Of a stretch of 40,851 bases of DNA, positions 1 through 8,150 are shown one piece after another. The number at the start of each line of letters is the position of its first letter. Position 1 is the first letter of the stretch. Location: the NCBI GenBank assembly GCA_021161865.1, contig JAGGZU010000124.1, forward strand, positions 1-40,851. Reading direction: 5' to 3'. Position numbers and translations under genes: made by a program. Below the pieces are notes generated by a model. That model was not told the origin of the DNA and made no database searches. It was given only the letters and a program-made list of their open reading frames with translations. The DNA is from Thermoplasmata archaeon. Its GTDB lineage: Archaea > Thermoplasmatota > E2 > DHVEG-1 > B18-G2.

Positions 1-23
1 CAAAATGCTCTGCTCATTGATAA

Positions 24-1391
24 CTACGAGGTTTTTTTAACCCTTGACACCACAAGAGGTGGAAGAACGGCACCATAGGTCGGTATCTCATCAACCTCCT
101 TTATCTGCACAGAGACACCTCCACCGATTCTTTCGTTTAACTCCGCCTCTATTTTATGATATACAATGACTGTTTTTTCCTTGTTTTTTTCATCCTTTTT
201 TGGGACAACCAAAACCGTTACGTTACCATTCTCCTCCTGCACTATCTGAAACTGTTTAACACAAAAATGTTTCTCCTCACTCATCACCTCATTAGGTACA
301 CCAGTTATTGACAAAGGGGGTATAATGCCCCCATCTGCTGTAACAATGGCATCAACCCTACGTCCCTCTATGGAACCAATGCAACCAGTGTTTATCCCAC
401 AGTCACATACATCATCCGTCCATTTAACAAGGTCACCCATCCCAACGTATCTCACCACAGGGGTGCCTTTGCCATACAGTTTAGTCACCGCTACACGGCC
501 AACCTCCCCAGAGGAGACCGGATTCATGTCGTCATCCAAAGCCTCCAAGTAAACCATGTCTGAGTGGAGATGATAACAACCTCTTCTGCATTCAAAGGCC
601 ATAGGGCCACCCTCTGTCGATTCATAGACATCAAAAACATGTGCATCAAAGGCTTCACTAATGTACCTTCTCGTGAAAGGGTCAAGCACGGCACCTGAAG
701 ATGAAACATACCTTGGGTTTATATCTCTGCCAAAACCCTTTTCCATCTTCAATGTTGCCAACGCATGTAAAACACCAGGGTAACCATTGAGGAAATCTGG
801 TTTAAAATCGTTTATTTTAGCAATCATCTCCTCAGATTTCTCAGTTATGTCAAGTATCTGTATATTATCTATGGGGAGTATCTTCATCAAAAAGGATGGT
901 AAAGGAGATTTGAAGGTGGCGTAACCGGCGCTGCCATAGGTTGTATCAGCTATTATCGTTATCCTTGTCTTATCCCATCTTTCACCATAGGCTTTAAGTA
1001 TTCTAACATACGCTATTATACTCTGAAGTATGGAGGAATGGTCGACATATATTGTAATTGGTTTACCCGTTGAACCTGAGGTGCTTAACTTCTCAGCCCT
1101 CCTGGTGTTGTAACCCTCCGGGAGCACCCCTTTTGGGAAACTGTTTCGTATATCATCCTTGGTTACAACAGGTAGTTTCCTGATATCCTCAACACCCCTG
1201 ATATCCCCAGGGTTAATACCTGCAGTCTTGTATTTATTATGATAAAGTGGTACGGTGTAGGCGTAACGCACAACCTTACGCAACCTTTTATCCTGTAACC
1301 TCCTTATCCTTTCTCTATCCTGCCAGACGACGTCTACATCAGAAAGATATCCTTTGATGAGCTTAATCAGAAGAGGGACATCATCCAGCAT
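24..1391 (-). CDS. Adenylate-forming enzyme of the phenylacetate-CoA ligase / coenzyme F390 synthetase (PaaK-like) family, copy 1
   Basis: The ORF 24..1403 begins with GTG; the first ATG is at 1391. It carries the AMP-binding signature STSGSTGKP. The N-terminal YAYTVPLYHNKYKTAGINPGDIRGVEDIRKLPVVTKDDIR block is typical of PaaK/F390-synthetase proteins. It is a paralog of 8151..9521. Confidence 0.75.
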   Translation of the reverse strand: MLDDVPLLIKLIKGYLSDVDVVWQDRERIRRLQDKRLRKVVRYAYTVPLYHNKYKTAGINPGDIRGVEDIRKLPVVTKDDIRNSFPKGVLPEGYNTRRAEKLSTSGSTGKPITIYVDHSSILQSIIAYVRILKAYGERWDKTRITIIADTTYGSAGYATFKSPLPSFLMKILPIDNIQILDITEKSEEMIAKINDFKPDFLNGYPGVLHALATLKMEKGFGRDINPRYVSSSGAVLDPFTRRYISEAFDAHVFDVYESTEGGPMAFECRRGCYHLHSDMVYLEALDDDMNPVSSGEVGRVAVTKLYGKGTPVVRYVGMGDLVKWTDDVCDCGINTGCIGSIEGRRVDAIVTADGGIIPPLSITGVPNEVMSEEKHFCVKQFQIVQEENGNVTVLVVPKKDEKNKEKTVIVYHKIEAELNERIGGGVSVQIKEVDEIPTYGAVLPPLVVSRVKKTS

Positions 1392-1527
1392 CAACTTGAA
1401 CACCTCAAGAAGGTTATATCTTTTTTCTTATATTTTCCTTGTTATTTATTTAAATAAACCTTATGATTTTTCATTCGTCACTGCTCATCCGCAGCTTTTT
1501 AAACAAGTAAAAGGATTAGCCTCCCAT

Positions 1528-2820
1528 ATGAAAGTTGTGCTTCAAGTCGCTTTAGACTTAATGAACCTGCATCGTGCACTCCAAATAGCAAAAGAGGCTA
1601 TAGATGGTGGTGCAGACTGGATTGAAGCAGGGACGCCTCTCATAAAAAGTGAGGGAATGGAAGCTGTAAGAGCGTTGAAACAAAGGTTTCCAGACAAGAC
1701 CGTTGTTGCAGATATGAAAACCATGGACACAGGTGCGCTTGAAACAGAGATGGCTGCAAAGGCTGGTGCAGACGTAGTTTGCATACTTGGTGCATCTGAT
1801 GACGAGACAATAAAGGATGCTTTACGTGCTGGTAGAAAATATGGTGCAAAGATAATGGTTGACCTTATAGGGGTAAAAGACAAACTGTCAAGAGCTGAGG
1901 AAATCGAAAAGTTTGGTGTAGACTATCTCTGCCTACACGTTGGTATAGATGAACAGATGAAAGGTAAACAACCACTTAATATCCTAAAACTCGTCGCCAG
2001 GAAAGTGAACATACCTGTTGCTGTCGCCGGCGGACTTAACAGCGAAACCGTATCAGATGTTGTAAAAGCTGGAGCAAACATTGTTATCGTTGGTGGAGCT
2101 ATAACAAAGGCAAAAAACGTTACTGAGGCAACCAGGATAATAAAAAAAGCTATTAAGGAAAAAAAAGTCATAAAAACAGAGTTTTACAAGAAATACAGCA
2201 GCGAGGAACTAAAAAAAGCGTTTTCCATGGTTTCAACACCAAACATCTCTGATGCAATGCATAGAAAGGGTGCAATGCATGGTTTGAAACCCATAGAACA
2301 TGGTTTTCACATGGTTGGGAAAGCACTCACAGTAAGCACAATAGATGGAGATTGGGCTAAACCTATAGAAGCCATAGACAAAGCAGAGTCAGGAATGGTT
2401 CTTGTCGTAGATGTCAAAGGCGGAGAAACAGCGGTATGGGGTGAGCTGGCAACCTGGAGTGCAAAGGGTAAGGGTTTAGCAGGCGTTGTCGTAGATGGAG
2501 CAGTCAGAGACCTAGATGATTTACTGAAAATAGGCTTCCCTGTCTTCTGCAGACATATCTCATCTAACGCTGGTGAACCCAAGGGTTTTGGTGAGATAGG
2601 TTCAGAAGTAACCTGCGGTGGACAAACCGTTAAAACAGGTGACTGGATAATAGGAGATGACTCAGGCGTAGTTGTTGTTCCTCAGGAGAGAGCTCAGGAG
2701 ATAGCAAATAGAGCGCTTGATGTAAAAGAGCATGAGGACAGAATCAGAGAGGAGATAAAAAGGGGTGGCTCACTGGGTACTGTGCTTAAGGTGAAGAAAT
2801 GGGAGAAGGTGATGGGGTAA
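1528..2820 (+). CDS. Fusion protein: N-terminal 3-hexulose-6-phosphate synthase-like (OMP-decarboxylase fold) domain plus C-terminal RraA / 4-hydroxy-4-methyl-2-oxoglutarate aldolase-like domain
   Basis: MKVVLQVALDL...DWIEAGTPLIK...VADMKTMDTG...LHVGIDEQ is HPS-like. The C-terminal half (ISDAMHRKGAM...GELATWSAKGKGLAGVVVDGAVRDLDDL...) is RraA-like. I trimmed the track ORF (1354) to the ATG at 1528, because the extension is low-complexity and overlaps the divergent gene. Confidence 0.75.
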   Translation: MKVVLQVALDLMNLHRALQIAKEAIDGGADWIEAGTPLIKSEGMEAVRALKQRFPDKTVVADMKTMDTGALETEMAAKAGADVVCILGASDDETIKDALRAGRKYGAKIMVDLIGVKDKLSRAEEIEKFGVDYLCLHVGIDEQMKGKQPLNILKLVARKVNIPVAVAGGLNSETVSDVVKAGANIVIVGGAITKAKNVTEATRIIKKAIKEKKVIKTEFYKKYSSEELKKAFSMVSTPNISDAMHRKGAMHGLKPIEHGFHMVGKALTVSTIDGDWAKPIEAIDKAESGMVLVVDVKGGETAVWGELATWSAKGKGLAGVVVDGAVRDLDDLLKIGFPVFCRHISSNAGEPKGFGEIGSEVTCGGQTVKTGDWIIGDDSGVVVVPQERAQEIANRALDVKEHEDRIREEIKRGGSLGTVLKVKKWEKVMG

Positions 2821-3800
2821 GCACTGTAGTGTTCTTCAAAGAGGAGGAACAATTGAGTGAAGCCCTAACCTACTTCGATTTAAAGGATTTTAAAGACAAA
2901 GATGTTCCTGTCAAACTACATATGGGTGAGGTACGAAACAAGTATCATGTTAAACCCGATTTTGTTAAAAAAGTGGTTGAAGAGTTCAAAAAGTTAGGAG
3001 CACACCCTTTTCTTTTCGACACTACCGTGGCATACAACAGTCCAAGGAAAACAAAAAAAGGCTACCAACAGGTTGCAAGACTACACGGTTTCTCTGAACG
3101 TAAAATAGGATGCCGCATCACAATAGGAGACAGAGGGGTTGTGAAAACCATTGAAGGTAGAATGTTTGAGGTTGCAAACGAGATCTTTTATGCGACCCAC
3201 ATAATCGCTGTAACCCATGTAAAAGGCCATGTACAAGCAGGTTTCGGCGGATCTATAAAAAACTTTGGCATGGGTGGTGTAACCAGGGAGAGTAAAAAAA
3301 CGATACACAGAGGAGCTGAACCATTGTATAATGAAAAAGACTGTATACTCTGCGGGGAATGTGCAAAAGCTTGCCCATTCAATGCAATAAAGGTCAAAGA
3401 TAACTGGTACTGGAACAGCAACGCATGCCTGGGATGTGGAAGATGCGTAAACATCTGTCCAACTGAAGCACTTAGTTTCAGAGACTCAGATCTACAGTAT
3501 CTGCTTGCTTTATCTGCAAAAGCGTGCGTAGAAGGAAAAAAGGTTTTTTACATAAACCAGATAAAAAACATTGCAAGATCCTGCGACTGCGACCCATTCG
3601 CTGGACCAAAAATCTGCCCAGACGTAGGTTATGTTGTTTCAGATGATATAGTGGCTGTGGATAAGACCTCACTTGATTTAATTCATGAGAAAAAAGGCAG
3701 GGTGTTTGAAAAGGTAAACCGAGTTAATCCGGAGAAACAGGTGAGGTTTGCCCATGAGGCAGGTCTTGGGAACATAAAATACGAGCTGATAGAGCTATAA
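2799..3800 (+). CDS. DUF362-type protein with an inserted 2x[4Fe-4S] ferredoxin domain
   Basis: It has two CxxCxxCxxxCP motifs (CILCGECAKACP, CLGCGRCVNICP) embedded in a DUF362-like scaffold. The start overlaps the upstream gene by 22 nt, so the exact start is uncertain. Confidence 0.6.
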   Translation: MGEGDGVSTVVFFKEEEQLSEALTYFDLKDFKDKDVPVKLHMGEVRNKYHVKPDFVKKVVEEFKKLGAHPFLFDTTVAYNSPRKTKKGYQQVARLHGFSERKIGCRITIGDRGVVKTIEGRMFEVANEIFYATHIIAVTHVKGHVQAGFGGSIKNFGMGGVTRESKKTIHRGAEPLYNEKDCILCGECAKACPFNAIKVKDNWYWNSNACLGCGRCVNICPTEALSFRDSDLQYLLALSAKACVEGKKVFYINQIKNIARSCDCDPFAGPKICPDVGYVVSDDIVAVDKTSLDLIHEKKGRVFEKVNRVNPEKQVRFAHEAGLGNIKYELIEL

Positions 3801-4241
3801 AACCTTTTTCTGATAAATCAAATAGGGTGTTTTTTCCATCCCAATCCTCTCATAAACCCTCGCAGCATCTCTGTTTTCACTGTGCACATACAGACGGATG
3901 ACTGAAACACTGTTTTTTCTTGCCATCTCCTCAACCATTCCAAACAGCATTTTAAAAACACCTTTTCTCCTGTAATCCTTTTTTATGTACACACTCTGTA
4001 TCCACCACATCATCTTGTTTCTCCAGTCGCTCCACTCGTAGGTGACCATCAGCTGCCCCACAACCTGGTTGTTTTCTTCAGCAACAACGTAGAAACCCTT
4101 GTTTTTGTCTGAAATAACAGCCTTAACAGCAGATAAAGAAATACTATAGTCAACGGAAGCACCTTCAGACTCCTTTGCCAGAAGAATGTTGTTCTGAGCC
4201 ATCTGTTCAGCGTCCTCCAAATTTGCCAACCTGATTCTCAT
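3795..4241 (-). CDS. GNAT-family N-acetyltransferase
   Basis: The MRIRLANLEDAE... start and the acetyl-CoA-binding-like RRKGVFKMLF segment fit a GNAT. I trimmed the track ORF (to 4385) to the ATG at 4241, because the extension runs through the tRNA-His gene. Confidence 0.7.
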   Translation of the reverse strand: MRIRLANLEDAEQMAQNNILLAKESEGASVDYSISLSAVKAVISDKNKGFYVVAEENNQVVGQLMVTYEWSDWRNKMMWWIQSVYIKKDYRRKGVFKMLFGMVEEMARKNSVSVIRLYVHSENRDAARVYERIGMEKTPYLIYQKKVL

Positions 4242-4279
4242 ATGAAACAGTAGAGTGGAAACAGGTTTAATACTTTTAC

Positions 4280-4285
4280 AAAAAA
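4280..4285 (-). terminator. Oligo-T tract (T6 on the minus strand) just downstream of tRNA-His
   Basis: The plus strand reads AAAAAA at 4280-4285, 14 nt past the tRNA 3' end. Archaeal RNA polymerase terminates at oligo-T tracts. Confidence 0.3.
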
Positions 4286-4298
4286 CATGGTGTTTGAG

Positions 4299-4418
4299 GG
4301 CCCGGACCGGGATTTGAACCCGGGACAAGGGATCACTGCAAGCCATCTTTACAGGTAAAGCCACTTTCTCTAGAGGGCTTCCCACAGTCCCTTATGTTGC
4401 CGCTACACCATCCGGGCC
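4299..4418 (-). tRNA. tRNA-His (anticodon GUG) with an approximately 48-nt intron at the canonical 37/38 position and an encoded G-1
   Basis: The reverse complement folds by hand as G(-1), acceptor GCCCGGA/TCCGGGC, D stem GTGT/ACAT, anticodon stem AGGGA/TCCCT, loop CT-GTG-G[intron]A, and T arm CCGGG-TTCAAAT-CCCGG. The discriminator is C, which can pair with G-1. No CCA is encoded. Confidence 0.85.
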
Positions 4419-4449
4419 ACAATGCAAGGAGCGATATTTGAAATAGATA

Positions 4450-4460
4450 TTTAAAATATA
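4450..4460 (+). promoter_or_regulatory. TATA-like box (TTTAAAATATA) upstream of tRNA-Leu
   Basis: An A/T box is centred about 34 nt upstream of the mature tRNA 5' end, in the 70-nt spacer between the divergent tRNA genes. Confidence 0.35.
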
Positions 4461-4488
4461 TGGGTATTCTGAGTATTGCATGTAGCAT

Positions 4489-4573
4489 GCAGGGGTAGCC
4501 AAGCCTGGTCAACGGCGCAAGGTTCAGGGCCTTGTCCTGCAGAGGTCCAAGGGTTCGAATCCCTTCCCCTGCA
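4489..4573 (+). tRNA. tRNA-Leu (anticodon CAG), class II with a long variable arm
   Basis: Acceptor GCAGGGG/CCCCTGC, anticodon stem CAAGG/CCTTG with loop TT-CAG-GG, variable arm TCCTGCAGAGGTC, T arm AAGGG-TTCGAAT-CCCTT, discriminator A. Confidence 0.9.
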
Positions 4574-5146
4574 CTAATATCTGTTTATGTGAAGGATGTC
4601 CTTGAGTTTTCTTTTTGGCACATGTAAAGTGCCTTGTTCATCCCTCCAGTACTCAACTGACTCCCTCAACTCCTCAACAACAGGTTTCTCAGCAGGATAC
4701 CCCACTGCTATGACGGAATCAATATAGAAATAATCTGGAACAGAAAACAGACTTCTAATCTCATCCTTATCTATGTTTCTAAGCACACAACATCCTAAAC
4801 CGTATTCTACTGCCAACAACATAATGTTTTCTGCAGCTAAACCTATATCCACCTCATAATAAGGGCTTTTTTGTTTATCAGCTAGCACAACAATATACGC
4901 TGAGGGTTTCTCATCCTCAGGGGGTCTCCACTCAGGTTTCAAATATCCCGCCCATTTCAAACCTTCAAAAACCCTGTCGCAAAGAGAAGCATCTGTAACA
5001 ACGATGTACTCAAGGGGTTGAAGGTTTGCACCAGATGGAGCAACTCTTGCTGCATCAACAAGTTTTTCAAGCATCTCAACAGGCACAGGTTTCTGCTTAA
5101 ACCTTCTGATTGACCTCCTAATCCTAATCGCTTCTTCAACATCCAT
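4574..5146 (-). CDS. Nitroreductase-family (FMN-dependent) oxidoreductase
   Basis: RRSIRRFKQKPVP...AARVAPSGANLQP is the nitroreductase N-terminal signature. The track start at 5164 is TTG; the ATG at 5146 gives MDVEEAIRIRRSIRRF. Its stop codon abuts the tRNA-Leu 3' end with a 0-nt gap. Confidence 0.8.
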   Translation of the reverse strand: MDVEEAIRIRRSIRRFKQKPVPVEMLEKLVDAARVAPSGANLQPLEYIVVTDASLCDRVFEGLKWAGYLKPEWRPPEDEKPSAYIVVLADKQKSPYYEVDIGLAAENIMLLAVEYGLGCCVLRNIDKDEIRSLFSVPDYFYIDSVIAVGYPAEKPVVEELRESVEYWRDEQGTLHVPKRKLKDILHINRY

Positions 5147-5238
5147 GGCTACCAAGAATATCAAATGATTTACATTAATTAAACCCTTTGCTTAACCGTA
5201 AACACTTTAACAGGGTTCAGCATCTCATACTATTGTAG

Positions 5239-6759
5239 ATGGTAAAAAAAAGTAGAGTAATGAGGAGTTTTGCAAAAACAGCTCCTAAAACAAAGGAGAA
5301 AAAGCTTATAGAAAATGCAAAAAAGTTAAACGAAAACCCCTTTGTTTTCTTCCCAGAGTGTAAGGACGCAAAGGCTGAAAGGTTTGTGAAAAAGATTAAA
5401 AAAAAGGTTGAAAAAGTCTGGAAAAACAGGGATGATGTCAAAAAACTCGAAAAACTGTCAAAAAAGAAGGGGCTGGAGGGTGCTGTTGCAGGAACACTAA
5501 TGCTTGTCCATTCAAAAAAGGCTCCCTATCTTGCTACAGCAAAAATCGGTGACATAGATGTCATGTATGCACTCAGAGGAAAAGCAAGAAAGGAGTTTCT
5601 GATTGCGGTGCAAAACTTTGATGACCCTGTGATGAGACTGCTTGCCTTTAAAGACCTCGCGGTAAAAAACAGGGTTTATCTTTACTCATGGGGCAAAAAC
5701 TTTGTATGCACTAGGGAAAATGGTAAGCCACCGGATGATTTCAAAAACTTTATTTTAAACAGGATTGGTTTTGAGTTAAAAAATGGAGTGGCCTCCTGTC
5801 CACATGTAAACCCCGAGAAACTGAAGAATGGTGTATCTGATGAAAGAAACTACATAAGGATAGAGTGGAAAAACGCTGATGTGATAATTGGAATCTGCGA
5901 AAGCTGTGCATCCAGAAACAACAGAAACACAGTGTTTGAACTCAGTAAATTTTTCATAGACCCTGAGATAAACAGAAATATTTCCGTGAAGGTTATCCCT
6001 CGGTTAACTGAGCTGCAGGATGAAAACCAGGATGTTACAGCATATCTCTCAGGTGGTCTAAAAGATGCACAGTTTATAGAAAAAACCATGGAGAATTGGA
6101 GAGAAAAACTAAAGTCATCTGAAGGCAGGGTATTGATTGCTGATGGCGTTTCTTATGGCAATGACATCGATAAATTCATAGAAGCGTTGAAACCAAACGA
6201 GTATGAAAGGAAAGGTCTTGAATTTATACTTTCTAAAATAAATGAACCTGTGATACTTGAGGATGCAACACCAAATAAACTGTTTGAGGTTTATTGGAAA
6301 AAATATGGTCGAGATTTGATTTCATCCATCGTCAAAGATGATGATCTGATGGATAAACTGTTATCCATCGATGAGACACCCTCACGGATAATCGAAATCG
6401 CTGTTAAAACGGCTGAGAGGAAGAAAAAACTGTCAGAATACCCTGATTACAAAAAACTGCCTCCAACAGCGAGGTTTGTGGATGACCTTGTAAAAAACTA
6501 TCTCCTCTTTGGAGAGCAAAAGGTTCTTTCTCTGCTGTCCAAACCCCCTGAGGAGACAAAAAAAAGATCTATAGCTTTTGCTTTCCTCCTTGCATTAGGT
6601 AAAGGTGATGAGAGGAAATGGCAGTACTCTGATGTAGAGGTTGAATACGGCAGGTTTCTCAAAGAGTATGTTGATAGACTTCTGAATGCCTCACCAAAGG
6701 AGTACAATAAGCTCCTCAAAGAGTTGATTCTGGCAAGCGGCTCAGATGAAAATATATAG
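5239..6759 (+). CDS. Hypothetical protein, 506 aa, with a Lys-rich N-terminus; no family recognised
   Basis: It is a long uninterrupted ORF with an ATG start and coding-like composition. It contains CPH...GICESC cysteines. I cannot assign a family. Confidence 0.6.
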   Translation: MVKKSRVMRSFAKTAPKTKEKKLIENAKKLNENPFVFFPECKDAKAERFVKKIKKKVEKVWKNRDDVKKLEKLSKKKGLEGAVAGTLMLVHSKKAPYLATAKIGDIDVMYALRGKARKEFLIAVQNFDDPVMRLLAFKDLAVKNRVYLYSWGKNFVCTRENGKPPDDFKNFILNRIGFELKNGVASCPHVNPEKLKNGVSDERNYIRIEWKNADVIIGICESCASRNNRNTVFELSKFFIDPEINRNISVKVIPRLTELQDENQDVTAYLSGGLKDAQFIEKTMENWREKLKSSEGRVLIADGVSYGNDIDKFIEALKPNEYERKGLEFILSKINEPVILEDATPNKLFEVYWKKYGRDLISSIVKDDDLMDKLLSIDETPSRIIEIAVKTAERKKKLSEYPDYKKLPPTARFVDDLVKNYLLFGEQKVLSLLSKPPEETKKRSIAFAFLLALGKGDERKWQYSDVEVEYGRFLKEYVDRLLNASPKEYNKLLKELILASGSDENI

Positions 6760-6761
6760 TC

Positions 6762-8075
6762 CTAGTTTTTTCTGTGACCCACTCTTAAACTACCGAGATT
6801 ACCTGCTAAAACGGCAAACGCTGGGTAAAAACCCAGTTTAAAACCCTTTAAAACCCGATAAGCTACCTTCGATGGGGAGTTGAATTCATCTGTTACAAAA
6901 CTTAAACCGTTTTCAAGCTCCTCCTTAGTCATGTTTTTTGGTTCAAAAACCACATCCTTCCTGTTGTACTTAGACCAATCCCTTGTGAGAATCCTGCCCT
7001 CCTCATCAAGTTTCTTAAACAAGGGTGTACCAGGGTATGGTGTAAGCACAGCAAAAATGGCTCCATCTAAACCAAGTTTTTCAATGTTTTCCAATGTTTT
7101 TTCAAACACATCAGGTGTATCCTCATCAAAACCAAAGACAAAGGTTCCTACAACAGCCATACTATAATCATGTAACTTTTCAACGGCAAGGATATACTCC
7201 TCAACCCTGTTTGCTTTTTTGTTTACATTGTTTAGCGCGCTCTGAGAAAAGGTTTCGAAACCAATAGTCCACTCTATACATCCTGCCTCATGAGCTAGTT
7301 TAACAAGCTCCTCATCACGAGCTAGAACATTGACGTTACCATGACAGATAAACCTTTTATTCAAACCCTTCATGCCTCTAAAGAGGGTTTTGGTGTAAAC
7401 TGGGTTTATAGTCATGGAGAGATCCTTGAAGTAAAGAAGCTTTTCATTGGTCATCTTAACCTCATTGAGAACGTCTTCAACGGGTCTCGTGTAAAATATT
7501 GAACCACCTGGGATGTTAGAATATTGGCAGAAAACACATTTATCTGGGCAACCACGTGTGGCTTCAACTGCATTAACAAACCTTATTCTCCTCTCCATTT
7601 TCATAAAGGAGACGATGTTATCTGCCAATGAAAGTGATTGCTCCTCCTTAAACGCCATGGAGTTGTAGATTGGTTGTAATCTACCTTCCTCAAGGTCTCT
7701 GACCACATGAGGCCAAACCTTGAGTGCATCACCAACAACAACAGCATCAGCATGCTGCTTTGCTTCATTGGGTAAAGCAGATGGATGGTTGCCGCTTAAA
7801 ACAACGGTTTTACCATTCTCTCTAAAACCATCTGCAACCCTGTAGGCGTTAAAGGATGCGGATGTACCAAAAACAATGTGCACCACATCATGATCTGAGC
7901 TGAAATCGATCTGCTTGTTGTTTTCAAGTATTTCAACAACATGTTTTCTTGGTGTCACAGCTGCAATCAGACGCTCATTGAATGTAGAACGATAGGAGAA
8001 TGCAGATAAAAATGATTGGAGAATTGGAGGGGTCGTAAAATCCAAGCATATCTCACCGATCAGTAGTATCCTCAT
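6762..8075 (-). CDS. B12-binding-domain radical SAM protein (class B rSAM)
   Basis: It has the CxxxCxxC radical SAM motif ATRGCPDKCVFCQY, preceded by a roughly 150-aa Rossmann-like N-terminal domain typical of cobalamin-binding rSAM enzymes. Confidence 0.8.
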   Translation of the reverse strand: MRILLIGEICLDFTTPPILQSFLSAFSYRSTFNERLIAAVTPRKHVVEILENNKQIDFSSDHDVVHIVFGTSASFNAYRVADGFRENGKTVVLSGNHPSALPNEAKQHADAVVVGDALKVWPHVVRDLEEGRLQPIYNSMAFKEEQSLSLADNIVSFMKMERRIRFVNAVEATRGCPDKCVFCQYSNIPGGSIFYTRPVEDVLNEVKMTNEKLLYFKDLSMTINPVYTKTLFRGMKGLNKRFICHGNVNVLARDEELVKLAHEAGCIEWTIGFETFSQSALNNVNKKANRVEEYILAVEKLHDYSMAVVGTFVFGFDEDTPDVFEKTLENIEKLGLDGAIFAVLTPYPGTPLFKKLDEEGRILTRDWSKYNRKDVVFEPKNMTKEELENGLSFVTDEFNSPSKVAYRVLKGFKLGFYPAFAVLAGNLGSLRVGHRKN

Positions 8076-8150
8076 TTTACATGGAATAACCTTATAAAAG
8101 TTATAAAGTTTTGTCGCATGCTTTTATATGGAGTAAAGGGATGAAACAAC

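Noticed and set aside
4242-4385. N-terminal extension of the GNAT ORF in the six-frame track
   Set aside because: It runs through the tRNA-His gene. An ATG at 4241 gives a normal GNAT N-terminus.
4241-5238. The tRNA-His/tRNA-Leu pair as an integration hotspot for a mobile element
   Set aside because: No integrase, transposase, direct repeat of a tRNA 3' end or phage/plasmid gene is visible on either side in this window.
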